From the NCBI RefSeq assembly GCF_009914755.1, contig NC_060929.1: a DNA stretch of 64,000 bases, one strand, 5' to 3'. The notes below the pieces were generated by a model. The model ran no database searches, was not told the DNA's origin, and saw only the letters and a list, made by a program, of their open reading frames with translations. Shown here piece by piece: positions 1 to 15,230 of the stretch (positions are counted from its first letter, which is position 1; every line of letters starts with the position of its first letter). The position numbers and the translations under genes were made by a program. Source of the stretch: the human T2T-CHM13v2.0 reference genome, Homo sapiens.

Positions 1-247
1 TCACTTTTGTATAAATGATAGATGGGAGCACAGAGGAGCATGGAACACTCTTCCCAGGGCTGTAGAAACCGAGCAAGGTAATAGAGAGTGGACAAAACCT
101 AGAAAGACAGGGAAGGTAATGGAGATAAAGATGGGCTTTTCAGGTAACTAATAATAGAAGCTATTTATTGATGCTTGTCTTGTGCCAAGTTCTAAGCATC
201 TAATATGCACTCACTTATTTAAATCTCACCACTCTGCAAGGCTAATA

Positions 248-959
248 CAGTTGATTCTCATTATTTATGGTAGTTATGGTCTATAAAGACTCCATGAACA
301 TTGACTTAGCAAATAATGAACCATTGCTCCTAGAAGAAGTAAAGGGTTAGGTACCTATGAGTCTCTGCTCACAACATTTTTGTCAATCAGGGTATGTAAA
401 CTTATTGTATGTGTGTTTTTATTCAAACACTCTCTGCTCACATTTTTGTCAATCAGGGTATGTAAACTTATTGTATGTATGTTTTTATTCAAACACAGCC
501 TATGTGATACATATTGCTGATTCACTAACACTGAATTCACAGCCTACAGCACCATAATTTATTCCTGAATGATGCTTCTCTAACACATATTTTCTCCACA
601 AGGCATATTACAACCTTGCTTCACTTAGGAACACATGGCAGAGCTTCAGCACCAGGCTCGGGGAACTTGAAACAGAAAAATCACCAATAAAGGCACAACA
701 GTGAGAAAAACGTGGAACTGAATATGCTGCAGAAAGGACACATATTCAGAGTATGAGAACGAAAACAAGAAGGCAGATTTTCACCTTATTCCACCTCTGC
801 TAGGAACATGTAGGTTGAGTAACAAACGTTTCACTGTTCTGTGCATGTCCATGAATCAGTGACTTTGAAATCACCAGTATTGGTTTAGGGGCTACAAGTA
901 AATTGCAGCAAGTAGGTGAATTTGCAACTACAGGGTTCACATATAAGGAGGGTCAACAG
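248..959 (+). mobile_element. MER82-like TcMar-Tigger non-autonomous DNA transposon, near full length
   Basis: Starts TA|CAGTTGATTCTCATTATTT and ends with a degenerate inverted terminus (ataaggagggtcaacag). Internal sequence follows the recalled MER82 consensus (gaaccattgctcctag...gggttagg...aaacaagaaggcaga). Confidence 0.8.
362..496. repeat. Tandem duplication of 69 and 66 bp inside MER82
   Basis: tctctgctcac(aac)atttttgtcaatcagggtatgtaaacttattgtatgtRtgtttttattcaaacac occurs at 362-430 and 431-496. Confidence 0.95.
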
Positions 960-2294
960 CACAATTATATCCCTATTTTACAGATGTAAAAGCCAAGGCA
1001 TAGAAAGGCCAAGTAACCACCTCAGATCTTAAAGCCAGTGAGGGTCAGAGCAGGATTATGAACTCAGCCACTCACTCACCCTGTCCACGGCACTGCCCTC
1101 TTGCCTCCTATGCCATTGGGTGGGTGCAAGGGCAGTAGATGGAAGCCTAGGGTGTCTTTGCAAGAGACACCCATGTTTGCTGTGGGCAGAACTAGTGCAA
1201 AATGGGGAGAATCAGAGCTCGGCTATCATGGGGTTTGGTTTAAAGAAGGTTATGCAAGAGACATGCACTGCACACAATTCATACTTGATAAATAGTCCCC
1301 CACCCCCTCAACACACACAGAAAATAATAAAACTCCAAAAGCCCCTGAAGACCACACACAAGGTGTCTGACCTGACAGCAGATGCTGTTAAGCCTCTTGA
1401 ATACTTCTTCCAAAGAAACCCTACTGGAAACTCTGCAGATGTACCAGATCCTATAATTTAAACATAAAATGTCCTCACTCGCACAGAAATGCCAGCAAAT
1501 ATTTTCAGATTCTTTGATCTCCATTTCAAAGCTCTGTAAAGCTTATCTGTAAAAATTGCAAAACTGGCACAAAACAAGGGAGACAAAAGATTTTTTTTAA
1601 GTGGATCCAAATGATCAGGAAAAATGAAAGTTTATTCATTTAGAAAACTCTATCAGTGGGTTAGACACCAATTAATTGCTAAGATACAGAATCCAAGAAT
1701 GCTCTGTGTTCAGTGAGATGTCATCAATTTAATACGGTGCTTTGCTAATTGAATGTATAATTTGAACAAATTCAGAAAGAGTATGTCACACTTGAACAGG
1801 TTAAGAAAGAACACAGATTAAAATATGGAGGAGTCAAGCAATCAAGATAATTTTTTAAAAGAGATTTGGAACAATAGATGCATTAAGCCACTAAGTATTA
1901 GAAAATCCCGCCCCTGGTGGATTACCAAGGTCAAAAGGAGTTGGTGGCCAAGTGAATAAAGGCCTTTCGAGGGTTTCAGTGGGAAAATTGGTTCATGGCA
2001 CAGAGGGAGTGGGAAAGCCACACCCTCCAGGGCTCTGTGAGAGAGAATGTGTGATGCACAGATGCACCAGGCAGGTGTGCCCCCAGCTGGAAGACTAACA
2101 GACTCAAAATAAAGAAAAAAGTCTATTTACCTATTTTGATGGTTACTCCATTTTAAACTGAGCTGGAAGCCACTGAATTTCTGAAGCTCTTGTAGAACAT
2201 CTTTCTCCCACAGGGCTGAGTTTTGTTGTTGGTGAATCCTGGGGAAAAAATACTTGCTCCTCTGTATCTCGCTAATTTCTCATCTTAGTGATGA

Positions 2295-2530
2295 TAATAC
2301 TGGCTGACATTTATTGAATGCTTGTCATGGGCCGTGCATCATGCCAAACACTTGGCACACTTTATCTTGCTTAACCGTGATAACCATCTTAACGTCTATT
2401 TATTCCAGTTTTGCAGATAGGGAAATTGAGAGCCAGGGAGGTCAACCACATTTCCCAAATCCATAGTCAATGAGTGAGAAAGTCTGGATTTGAAATCATA
2501 TCTATTTGCTCCAAATCCTGAAGTTTTAAT
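2295..2530 (-). mobile_element. MIR SINE
   Basis: acatttattgaatgc...gttttgcagatagggaaattgag...ggatttgaa pattern. Confidence 0.7.
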
Positions 2531-3844
2531 TATTTTATAAACATTTCTCAAGGATAATATTGTTTTGAAAAGATGAAAACGTTGGCTATGAAGATAAATC
2601 TGCTGAGGTCATCAGAGCCACGAGAGAGTTGCGCCCGCTCATGGGTTTGTGCACCAGCCTCAGGGGTGCTAGCCCTATGTGATGTAATTCCAGTTCCAGA
2701 CCCCTTTGCAGTGTCCCTTGGGAGATCACAGGGTAACAAAATGAAGGTAGCAATAGCCTGACTAATACAATATTAGATTTTATTGACTTTTTGATGCCCA
2801 GGACAAACAACAGTTATCATGCTTTTGCTACAAAATGGATATTCTGAGCAAGTTTATGTAAGAAAGAGAAAACTCCTATTCCCATTGCAACTGAATACAT
2901 TCCATCCCAACTTCTGCCACCTCCCACTTTCAAAATAGCTGGGGATATTATCAAAGAGTACAACTCTTTGCAACCTTCACCCTTAATTCCACGATGTCTG
3001 CCCTCATCACATCCTCCCCTTCCAACCCATCAGTAGACCAGGCCAGGCAGGTCGACAGGCTGGCAGTTTACATCTGTCCTTTCATATCTTGCATGGAACA
3101 ATCCAACAAACACCCCGCATGTCTGATGTGGGAGGATAACAATGATGCTATCTTAACATCTAGCATCAGGAGTTTCTCCCAGGGAAGGAACTGTCATTAG
3201 GAAAATGCCTTGTGGGGAAGACGAGGTCTGGAAGGCAGGTGTCAGCAGTACCAAGGTACCAAAGAGGTGATTAGAGAATCGAGTATCAGAAGTGAACAGA
3301 CGTGGGGCTAGCAGGATGTGAGAAAGAAGGAGTGAGAGGAGCAAGAAGGAGGATCAACATTGCCAGAAGCTGGAAGCACATTTGTAGAAGTCAGTGAAAG
3401 CCGTCAGGATCAGGGATACAGGCAGAGTTGTAACTTGTGTGAGTACACTCCAGCATGCTCATGTATATAGCTCTGAACCTTCCCTGAAAGCCAATGCATG
3501 TGTGTGAGCTTTCTTTGGTGACAATTATTAAAAAGGTATGAATTTTCCTTTTGGGTTGATAGGCTATAAAATGGGTTGACTGAGCAGGATGCAGGGGTGG
3601 GTAGATGCTCCCCACACTGAACATAGCAAGAGCAGGAGCTGGAAATTGGTGTGAACAAGAGAATAAAACCACCCCTCTCCCAAATTCCCAGAATCTTGGA
3701 GAGGGTCCACTGGGGTACTTAAGGGTTTCTGGTTGTTTCATCCAGAGCTATATAACTCTAGAGGCCTCCACTGACTTCTGGGATATCCATAGGGACATTC
3801 TAAGACAAGAGAAACACAAGACATCACTGATGATAGAAGCCTGA

Positions 3845-4090
3845 TAATAACAAACACAGTTTCCTGAGTGTGTGCCATTTGTCAGGCCCCATCCTAAGCA
3901 ACTGACATGTGTTAATTAATTTACTCTTAACAACAAACCTTTAAATATGGAGTATTAATTTATTCATTTTATAGATGAGCAAACTGACACACACAGAGGT
4001 TGCATGATTTGCCCAAGTTTGCAAAGCTGTTGAGTGATGGAGCCAGGTGGAACCCAATCAGCTGGGCTCCACAACCCATACTCTTCAATA
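3845..4090 (-). mobile_element. MIR SINE
   Basis: cattttatagatgagcaaactga core followed by atttgcccaag. Confidence 0.7.
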
Positions 4091-4242
4091 AGAAAATGCA
4101 GAATGAAAGAAGGTGGCTTGTTCCAGAAGCACCACTGACTCCAGACTCCAGCATTTTAAGTGGGAAACTAGAATGACCCCAGTACTGATTACAGAATTTT
4201 AGCCACCCACAAGCTAGTTCCTGGAAATAGAGAGATAAAGAA

Positions 4243-4360
4243 CTGTCTTGGTTTGTGTTGCTATAAAGAAATACCTGAGGCTGGGTAATTTTCAAATAAA
4301 AGAGGTCTGTTTGGCTTCCAGTTCGCAGGCTATACAAGAAGCATGGTGCCAGCACCTGTT
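4243..4360 (-). mobile_element. MST-type MaLR LTR fragment
   Basis: gtttgtgttgctataaagaaatacctgaggctgggtaattt...gcaggctatacaagaagcatggtgccagca matches the reverse complement of the MST 3' end. Confidence 0.75.
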
Positions 4361-5079
4361 TGTGGAACTTGGGGCCTGCACTGGGAGATATACCTCAATG
4401 CTCCAAAAGGCAAAGTCAACTAAAAGCCAGTAATGGGTCAGAGCATAGAACATACCCAGGGGAATTGCAAAGTTGCTACTTATGGGGGTTACTCTAAAGA
4501 CTTATTTGGGGCTTTCCACTGTCCCCCATGTCTGGGAAGCTGTCATCCCCTCAGATGCTATACATGTAGGCAGCCAACAGCTCACTGATACACCCTTTTT
4601 CTGAGAATTGCCCTTAGATCAAGTGTCATCTTGTTGGGAAATGACTGGGTGGTTACATCTGCCCTGGAGGTGACCTGCAGTTCTTGACTGACAAAAGACC
4701 CCCTATTCCCATTGCCGCAAGGAGGGCTAGCTCTGTGGAACCATCATGAGCTCCCAGTGAGATCAGCACTTTTCATTCTCCTGCTAGCTGCCCCTTGACT
4801 AGCTATTTATCAAATCTCCCAAACCAACAGCCCACTTCCCTGCAATCAGGCCATCCAGGATAACACATACTTAGGTTTCTCTGCCCTGGGCTGGAATTCA
4901 GTCAAACACAGTGATTATCTTCTTTGGTCTCAGTTATTTGTCAGTGGTTAACTCATTAAATGGGGGCATGAATTTAACTTTTTAAAAACTGCAGTTTGTT
5001 TGGAGGAGACAACCTTTGAAAACATGAGTCTGTGAACAGGAAGTAATGAATCCTGGGTGGTGAGAAGAAATGCAAGCAA

Positions 5080-5240
5080 TTACCAAGCCTCTGCTTACAT
5101 AATGTTTGCTGACGCCCTTCCTTTTGGCTAAGGCAAGCCACATGCCCAAGCCCAGAATCAGTGTGGAGAACTGCAAAGGGCATAGGCACAAGGAGACACC
5201 ATTCACAGGGAGCGGCAACATAGCAATATACTGCAGCCCA
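5080..5240 (-). mobile_element. MLT1-type MaLR LTR fragment
   Basis: caagcctctgcttacataatgtttgctgac...ttggctaaggcaagccacatgcccaagcccagaatca motif. Confidence 0.55.
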
Positions 5241-5382
5241 TTCTCTGGCCCCAAAATCCACGTCACTTCCACGTGCGCTCATCCACCTCTAATACACGCA
5301 AGGCCTCATCCAACTATGGCATCTGCTGAAGTCCATGAATTCAGGCTTTGCATCAGGTCCAGATGGAGACAAGGCTGCTTGA

Positions 5383-5836
<454 letters not shown>

Positions 5837-6339
5837 AAAGAAGGGAATGTTTCTTATTTAAGATCCAGGTCTGCTTACTGGAGTGACACTCTAAGCTGCT
5901 CTTGTCTCTACTGTGAGGACCTAGGGCTCTGCCCTCTGAGATAATTTTTTATCCTTTTGTTAAGAACTGGGCCATGCTTGCAGCTGAGTAGCTTTCTCGG
6001 CCTGCTTCCTATCCATAGAAATTTGGGAGCCCTGAATCTTCTTTTCATTTTTCAGCTTACTCTGTCCCAAGCTGCTAAAAGTCATTTAAAATTTCTGCAT
6101 GGGTTTCTTATGAATCTGATGGTGCTGGACTCCATGCCTGCAAGCCACAGCGGTAGTTATTTTTGAGACAGGCTTCTCTTTACTTTGGAGTATCAGGATG
6201 CTGTGGGGAAACTCTCAAGATTCTCAGAAGCTGAGAGGGCCTAGGAAACACTACCTTAAATTTTTCTAAGGCTTTAACTATTTCCCAGAGAACTCTTTAA
6301 TCTCAGCTTGGGAAAGGAATTCCTATCTTCAGCACACTT

Positions 6340-7095
6340 CCAATTACCATGTCATCCAGTTGATTCTTGCAGCAACCCAAACAGGGGGGATTATATTGTC
6401 CCATTTTTCGTCTGAGGAACTGAGCCTTCAGAGAAGGGGTGTCAATTGCCTGAGGTCAAAGGGCAGGTTGTCCAGGCCAAGTCAGTCCACCTCTCCCCTC
6501 TCGCCCACAGAACCAGGGGCACAGAACAGACAGGAAGCTTACCTGAGGCTACCCTGTCTCCTGCTGAGCCTTCTGTACCTGGGAAACTACTGCCCCAGAC
6601 CACCCTCTCCTCAGAGGGAGGCAGCACAGCAGAGAGGCTGCTGTGGAGCTTGGGACAGAAAAAAATACTTTCCAAAGATATATTTCACTCTCTGATACAT
6701 CCTCACCTCTCTGATCTCTCCACTTCAGAACTACAGGGGCTGCCTTGGGGTTTTTATCCAACACTCACATTTTCAGCATATCTATGCCATTTTAAAGCAC
6801 CTTCATATCCATTATCACATTTGATCCATCATAGCAGCCATGCAAAATGGGCAGAAAGGGCATAATTATGATCAGCATGACGGATGGAGGAACCCAGACT
6901 AAAGGAGGGACTCAAGATGACGTCAGCCTTGGACAGAAGAGTCTCTGGGCTTCTGGTCCTGAGAGTTAGTGCTGGAAGTAAATGTGGTAACCATCACCCC
7001 TTATTTTCCAAATGTGGAAACTGAGGCAGAGGCAAGCCTAAGGTTACCCAGCTAGTTAGCTACAGGGTTAGGATTTGAATTCAAGCCCCTGCCTT
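6340..7095 (-). mobile_element. Cluster of three degraded MIR fragments (about 6340-6480, 6760-6930, 6990-7095)
   Basis: Repeated MIR-core remnants such as tgaggaactgagcc and gtggaaactgaggc...ggatttgaattc. Confidence 0.55.
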
Positions 7096-7631
7096 GGACT
7101 AAGTTGTCAAGCACAACCCGTGGTGTTACTTGATTCATCTGCTTATTTTCCTCACCCCATAAGCCAAAACTAACTCATTATTTATGGGGGATGGAAATTT
7201 TTTATTTTTTGGGTTGTATTATTTTTTCTGTAGTTCTTATTGATGAGCATTCAAGCCTGCTCTAAAAATGTGTGGCTTCCCTCTCAGCTACATCACATGG
7301 GAGTAAATTTCCAACATCTTTTTCAACTTGGGAAAATGGTAGGTTCCTATCAGCTTAAGGGGCTCAAAGACTTAATCTTCTTAGGGTGAGCCCAGGCTGA
7401 ATCAAATGAATCCATTTCTGTGCAACTGGACTTAGGCCCAGACTTAGAAATGAATCTCTTTAGTGAGGTCTGGAACTTGGTCATCCCATCAAAGCCAATT
7501 ATTCTCAATGACAAGAACAGAAGAAAAAAGGGACAAGTTCAGAACAGAAAATTAGCTGACTCTATCTAGCCATTGGCCCTCTCTGTGCTTCCCTAAATCT
7601 GATAATAAATTAGGCCTGACCTGACTACTCG

Positions 7632-7800
7632 CCCATCCATCCATCCATCCACCCATTCATCCATCCATCCATCTATCCATCCACCCATCTGTCCATTATC
7701 AATTTATTCATCCATCTATTGATCCACCCATCATCTATCCAACCATCCATCCATCTAATTATCCATCAGTCCATCCATCCATCTATCCATCCATCCATCA
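7632..7800. repeat. Degenerate (CCAT)n simple repeat
   Basis: Directly visible. Confidence 0.95.
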
Positions 7801-10033
7801 TTACAGTCTTTTTCTCCTTTTCCATCTCTGTGTTTTTCATTTATTTATTCATTCATTCATTCTACAATTTATTCACTTATTTATCCAACAAGTAGTTGTT
7901 AAGCACAGTTTTTTCTCTATAATTTCTAACAACAGTTTAGATTTCTCTTCCTTACTCCACATACTGTTTTAGACAAGAAAACTGAAGGCTCAGAGAAATT
8001 ACATAACTAAATAACTACTTGTTGAGTTATATAAATTAAACTTCCTTGGAAGATTTTTATTAAAAGAGGAAGAGTGTCAGGTGTGAGCTGGTTATGATGA
8101 TTAGCACTCCAAAGCCTTTCTCCAAGCTCATTTCTGAAGCGCTCAGCGAGCATTTATTGAATACCCTACTGTGCGTTTATTGAACCCTATCATGGGCCAA
8201 ACAGGTAACAGGAACCAAGGCTACAAAGTATAAAACAAATTCTGATGGTTTCATGGGGGGTGAGTACTCAGAAATGTAAACAATAATCATAGTTTGTAAA
8301 TGTTTAAGTGGAATAATAAAGATCACCAAAGGAGCAACTCCCTTGCTTAAGATGGATGGGAAATTTGCCTACAGAAGTTCAGAAGGAAAAGTGAGAATTT
8401 GAAAAATATGAGTTTCAGAGAGTTTTTAACCTAAATTTTTTATTGTAAAATTACTGTGTGCTTATAACAAACATTTTAAGAAGACAGATGGACAAAATGT
8501 CTAAAGCAAACCCTCTTACTCCTGCAGTACTCGCCCACATCCTTGAAACCCACTATCCAGAGTGCTACCTTTGTTGACTCTCTAGTGCATCACCCCAGAA
8601 TTCTCTAGCCATATGCAAGAAAATTTCCCATTAGGAGCTGTACATGTGGGATTTTTATATCATTGGTCCTGCAATTATTAGCTGGCATCATTTGGTAAAG
8701 GAAAGCTTTTCTTTATCAACTAGGTGAACTATGGCTTATTCTAAAAAAGCAAAGTAAATAATTACTTCCTCTAGTTACCAATTTTCAGGGCAAGGAGTTG
8801 TTTGTCTCTTTCTATCTATCTGTCCATATTGCTCTTTCATTTTTTAAATAATCACTATGGGCTGGTAAATTTTTATTCACCCTGTATTTTGCAATCAACC
8901 AGTTATTTTTCTGTTTGATGCTCAAAATGTCCCCTTTGTCCAATGGGAGTTCCTAGAAGCTGGCTCTGTGTCTTTTTGGCATACCGTACACATTCTTGTT
9001 TTCTCATATAATACGGTTCATTTTGCACTTTTCCTGCCCCAGACTTAGAATCACCCATTTCTCCAATCCTGTTTCCTTTTAGGGGTGAATGGTACATAGA
9101 AATCAAGACCTGGGTGCTAGATGAGCTCATAGCCATTAGAGTAGCATTTTTTCTAGACCTATCCAATGGACAGAACCAGAAAATATATTTGTTTAATAAA
9201 ATTATGAGTTCGTATTGATATTTGTAATTCAAATTTAACACTAGTGTTTATTCTTAATACTTTAATTCACATTTTTATTTCATTTTGTCTCAAACTAAAC
9301 ATTTTAGTTCCTGATAATACATACATGTATTTACTTTATCTTATAATGTACACTAAATAATTACAAAGCTACAATTATATCTATTAACAACAAAATTTCT
9401 GAATAAAATTTAAGAATTTTTGCAATTCTTTTTGTCCTTAAAGATGTGTGGTCTAAGTATTATATTCAAAAGTCACTTGAAATCTTTTCTCTATATCGTA
9501 ATGTTACAGATTTTTTATGTAATCAGGGTTATTTGCTTCTGTTTATTTTGTATTTTAGGTTACTTTTTTTTTTTACTTATTTTTTGAATATGTAAAACAT
9601 TTCCATAATTCAAAAGTCAAAAAGTGCATAAAAAGATTCACTCACAGAAGTCTGTTTCTCCACCTTGGTCCCCCAGACTGTAGAGCTAAATATCACTTTT
9701 ATGAGTTTCCAATTGATTCTTCTAGTGTTTCTTTTTGTAAAAATAGTATAAATTTCCACCCTTTTAAATATGATGGTGGTATACCTTAAACAGTGTTCAG
9801 TATCTTGCTTTTTTTGCTTAACAAAATATGCAGAAAATCACTCCAAATCTGTACGTAGAGACCTTTATTTGTTGTTTTTTAAAGCTGCATAGTGGTCTAC
9901 AATGTGAGCATGCCCTAGTTTATCCAGCCACTCTCTGAATGACACACATTTGAATTGTTTCCAGTCTTCTTGCTCTTGGAAATAATGCCACAGTGAATAT
10001 GTTTTTCTCATATTCTCACGTAGGTTTTTCTCA

Positions 10034-10573
<540 letters not shown>

Positions 10574-11164
10574 TTATTGTACGTGAGTTGAGCATCTTTT
10601 CGTATGTTTAAGAATCTTTGCCTTTCTTTTCCTATGGACTGTTTATTTATGCCTTTTGCCTATTTTATTTTGAAGAGCTTTTTCATGCATTAACAAAGCT
10701 AGCCCTTTATGATACAAGTTGCAAATATTGTCTCTTGGCTTTTCCCTTGGTTTTGACCACTTTTGGGGATCTTTGTAGTGTAAAACTTTTAAAAATTTAA
10801 GTTGAATTTATCAATCATTTATTTTAATACTTCTGGATTGTAAGTCATAGGAAAAAGCCTCTTGCCACTCTCAGGTTAAAATAAATTTCGCTATTTTAAA
10901 AATCTTTATATGGCTTAATTCTTCATGTTTAAATTTCCAATGCATTTTGAGTTATTCTGGGGTGAGGTGTGGACACAATTTTATCATTTTTCAGATATGT
11001 ATCCAGTTGTTCCAAAACCATTTACTACAAGGCCATATTTTCTCCGGAATTTGTGATGGCCCCTTCCCTCTACCACATTTCCACGTGTACATGGTTATAT
11101 TTCTGGACTTTCTTTTCTGTTTACGTTGGTTCTATCTACTTATCAACAACACTGTTTTAATTAT

Positions 11165-11647
11165 TGCTTGTGTCATTTGTCTTCTACTAGCCCCTGTGGA
11201 CCCAGTCCCCTGTTCCTGCACTCTGCCCTAAGCCCTGGAAGTTGACAAAAAGAACCAAAACCTCTCCCCTTGCCTTTGCTTCGTGGTTGAGTTTGGCCAT
11301 CGAGGAGCTCTGGTGGAGATGTGAAGAAGGGAGAGTAAGGTCAAGGTATTCATTCTCCTTGCTCCTTCTTGCAGAGTCTCCTTGATCTGTCAGTGTCCCT
11401 TGACAGAAGTTCACCAATCCTCCCAAGGCATCCCTCTCTGCAGCTCTCCCTTCTAGGTTCTGCTAACCACTCCCTCCTCTCACATCTTTGGGTGCCCTTA
11501 GGTGATCGACAATAGAGCACTTACTGGGGAAACTGAATCATCCCTTGTGAATTTCCACAACCAGTCCCCACTCCTGTAAATAGTCCCATTATTATTTTCC
11601 AGTTATTCCAATTGTCATCTGTTTCCTGCTCCCCCCAAATTAATACA
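11165..11647 (+). mobile_element. LTR33-like ERVL solo LTR
   Basis: cccttgcctttgcttcgtggttgagtttggcca...ggtattcattctcc...tgtaaatagtccc...catctgtttcctgct...taataca end. Confidence 0.7.
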
Positions 11648-11664
11648 GAGGCTATAATTCTCAT

Positions 11665-11800
11665 GTCTAGCTAGCTAGCTACCTACCTACGTACTTATTT
11701 CTATCAATATACATATCTACCTACCTATTTATCTACTTATCTCCATCTATCTATCTACCTACCAACATACCTCTATCTATCTACTTAGCTAGCTAGCTAA
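11665..11800. repeat. Mixed (CTAG)/(CTAT)/(CTAC) tetranucleotide low-complexity tract
   Basis: Directly visible. Confidence 0.85.
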
Positions 11801-12279
11801 TAAACTTATACTCATTGTTTTACTTTTTAGTGCTTTCCTTGCTATTCTTGCCTTTTCTTTACATAAATTTTAAAATCAACTAGACAGATTCCATTAAATA
11901 ATGTTGTTGATAACCATTAAGATAGCATGCAATGATCTGTTACCTCAGGGAGAATTTACATCTTCATGATACTGAATTATTCTTTCCAAGACCATGGATT
12001 GTCTTGACATTTCAAGTCTAGTTTTATGATATTGAAGAAATTTAGAACTTTTCCTCATATAGGAATGTACACTTCATGCTAAGTGCAATTTTCAGTATTT
12101 TTGATACAATACATGGGAACTTGCCCTCCGCTGTGTCTTTTAACTGGTTATTGTTATGGGAAGGCCATTGTGAAAGCTATTTATTGTTTTGTATGTTAAT
12201 TTTATAACCTTCCATCTTACTAAGTAATCTTTTCATTTTAATAGGTTTTTTTCATTGTTATTTTGGGTTTATCAGGTAG

Positions 12280-13912
12280 AATTTTTAACAGCTTGAGATA
12301 CAATTCACATGACATATAATACAATTTATTCATTTAAAGTATACAAGTCATTTGTTTAATATATTTATAGGATTTGCACCCATTACCACAGTCTCATTTT
12401 AGAACATTTTCATAGTTCGTAAAAACAAACTTTACACCCTTTGCATTTCTCCTCAGCCCACCTCCTCTCCCAGTCCTAAGAAATCAATAATCTACTCTCC
12501 TTTTCTAGAGTTTTTTTTTTATTCTGGGCACTTGCTATAGAAATGGAATCATTTCGTACGTGTTCTTCTGTGACTGGCTTCTTTCACTTGGCATACTTCT
12601 TAAGGCTCATCTATGTTGTAGTATAGATCAGTAATTCATTACTTGTTATCACTGAATAATGTCCCACTGTATAGATGTTTCACATTTTACTTATCCATTC
12701 ATCAGATAATAGATGTTAGGGTTGTTTCATTTTTTTGGTTATTACCCATAAAGTTACTATGAACATTTGTGCACCCAATTTTGTGAGGATATTTATTTGA
12801 TCTTGGGTGTATATCTGGGAGTGGAATTACTTCATTATAGGTAACTCCATATTTAACATATTGAGGAGCTACCAAACTGTCATTGTGGCTACACCATTTT
12901 ACATTCCCATCAACAATGTATGAGAGTTCCAATTTCTACGTATCTTCACCAACATCTGTTATGATCTGTATGATAATAGTTAATACAGTGTGTATGAAGT
13001 GGTATCTCGGTATCTCATTGTGACTTTGATTTGCATTTCCCTAATAACTAATGATGCCGAGCATCTTTTCATGTACGTATGGCCATTAGTGTATTTTGGA
13101 GAAATGCCTACTCAGATATTTGGCCATTGAAAAAAAATTGTGGCCAGATGTGGTGGCTTATGGCTATAATTCCAGCACTTTGATAGGCTGAGGGAGGAAG
13201 ATCACTTGAGCGCTGGAGCTAGAGAAAAGCCCAGGAAACATAGCAAGACCTTCTACTAAATTTTTTTTTTTTAATTAGCCAGGTGTGGTGGCATGCCTGT
13301 AGTCCCAGCTACTCAGGAGGCTGAGGTGGGAAGATCAATTGAGCCTCAGAGGTGGAGATTGCAGTGAGCTGAGACTGTGCCACTGCACTCCAGCCTGGGT
13401 GACAGAACGAGACCCTGTCTCAGGAACAAAAAATATATTGTTTGCTTGTCTTTATTATTGAGTCGTAAGTATATTCTGGATGTTAGACTCTTATCAGATA
13501 TGTTATTTCAAATATTCTCTCTCATTCTGTGTGTTGTCTTTTCATTTTAATAATGTTATCATTTGCAACACAAAATCTTTAATGTGATCCAATTTATCTA
13601 TTTTTCTTTTGTGGCTTGTACTTTAATCTGCCATATCTAAGAAACCATTGCCTAACCTAATGTTGTGAACATTTACTCCTGTTTTCTTCCAAGAGCTTTA
13701 TAGTTTTTGCTCTTAAATCTAAGTCTATGATCCATTTTAAGTTAATTTTTTGCATACATGTGAGAGAGGCAGTCCAACTTAATTATTTTGCATTTGGATA
13801 TCCAGCTGTCCCAGCACAATTGTTGAAAAAATAATTCTTTCCGTATTGAATTGTCCTGGCACCCTTTTCCAAAATTAATTGACCTTAACATAAGGGTTAA
13901 TTTCTGGACTCA
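12280..13912 (-). mobile_element. L1MB-like 3' fragment nested in the older L1
   Basis: Antisense L1MB 3' end (ttttaacagcttgagatacaattcacat...), ORF2 remnant in ORF 12702-12932, and candidate TSD tcaggta(g)aattttt at about 12272 and 13910. Confidence 0.75.
13142..13433 (+). mobile_element. Alu (AluJ-like)
   Basis: Diverged dimeric Alu with gatcacttgagc...ggaaacatagcaagacc; the middle linker contains a T run. Confidence 0.9.
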
Positions 13913-14062
13913 GGTAAATTTTTATATCAAATGAAAATAGAAATAATTTGGTCTTTTTCTTTCTAGTTTTTATGCCTCCAGTGGCTTTCTCTTGCCTGAA
14001 ATGGTTGGCTAATACCTTTAATAAAAGCCAAAGGTTAGTGGGAATAGTAAGCATCCTTGCTT

Positions 14063-14530
14063 TGTATAAATTCTCTAAGGATCACTGACAAGAGGTAGAT
14101 TAACAGGAGAAAATACATATAAATTTATTTGATCATAGTTTTACATGCCACAGTAGCCTCCAGAATGAAAACCCAATCTTCCAATGTAGTGCAGAATCTC
14201 GTATGCCATCTTACAGAAAGAATGGGGGCTCAGAGCACGAACAAAAACGTTATGGTGATAAATCAGGGCTTGGGGTAAGACAAGTTATGGGAGGGGGAGA
14301 AAAGGACACTTGGCTAGCAAAGACTTTTTTATTAGGCAGATGAAACCTCACAGGTAGCAGCCCTCAGAGAAATGAAATGATAAATGTTACTTTCAGACCT
14401 TTAAAGGTGTCAGACTTACAGTTTTTCTTTCCTAGAACTGGACAAAGGAAGGCCAGACTGCATCAATGCAGATTCTCTACAGATGCAAATTTCCTCCCTC
14501 ACCCCCTTCCACAAAGGAGAGCTTTGCAGG
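14063..14530 (-). mobile_element. ERV1 MER4-group LTR, truncated at its 5' end
   Basis: ctgacaagaggtagattaacaggagaaaa...gcagattctctacagatgcaaatttcc...gctttgcagg motifs typical of MER4-group LTRs. Confidence 0.65.
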
Positions 14531-14539
14531 AAAAATAGT

Positions 14540-15230
<691 letters not shown>

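Larger units (their letters stand above)
148..1075 (-). mobile_element. MIR SINE split in two (about 148-247 and 960-1075) by the MER82 insertion
   Basis: MIR 3' part (tatttattgatgc...tgtgccaagttctaagc) lies before 248; the MIR core cctattttacagatg...aaggcatagaaagg resumes at about 970. Confidence 0.7.

Noticed and set aside
1120-1461. 113-aa ORF with a protein-like C-terminal half
   Set aside because: It has a non-ATG start, matches no domain I recognise, and has no convincing splice-site pair. It cannot be supported without a homology search.
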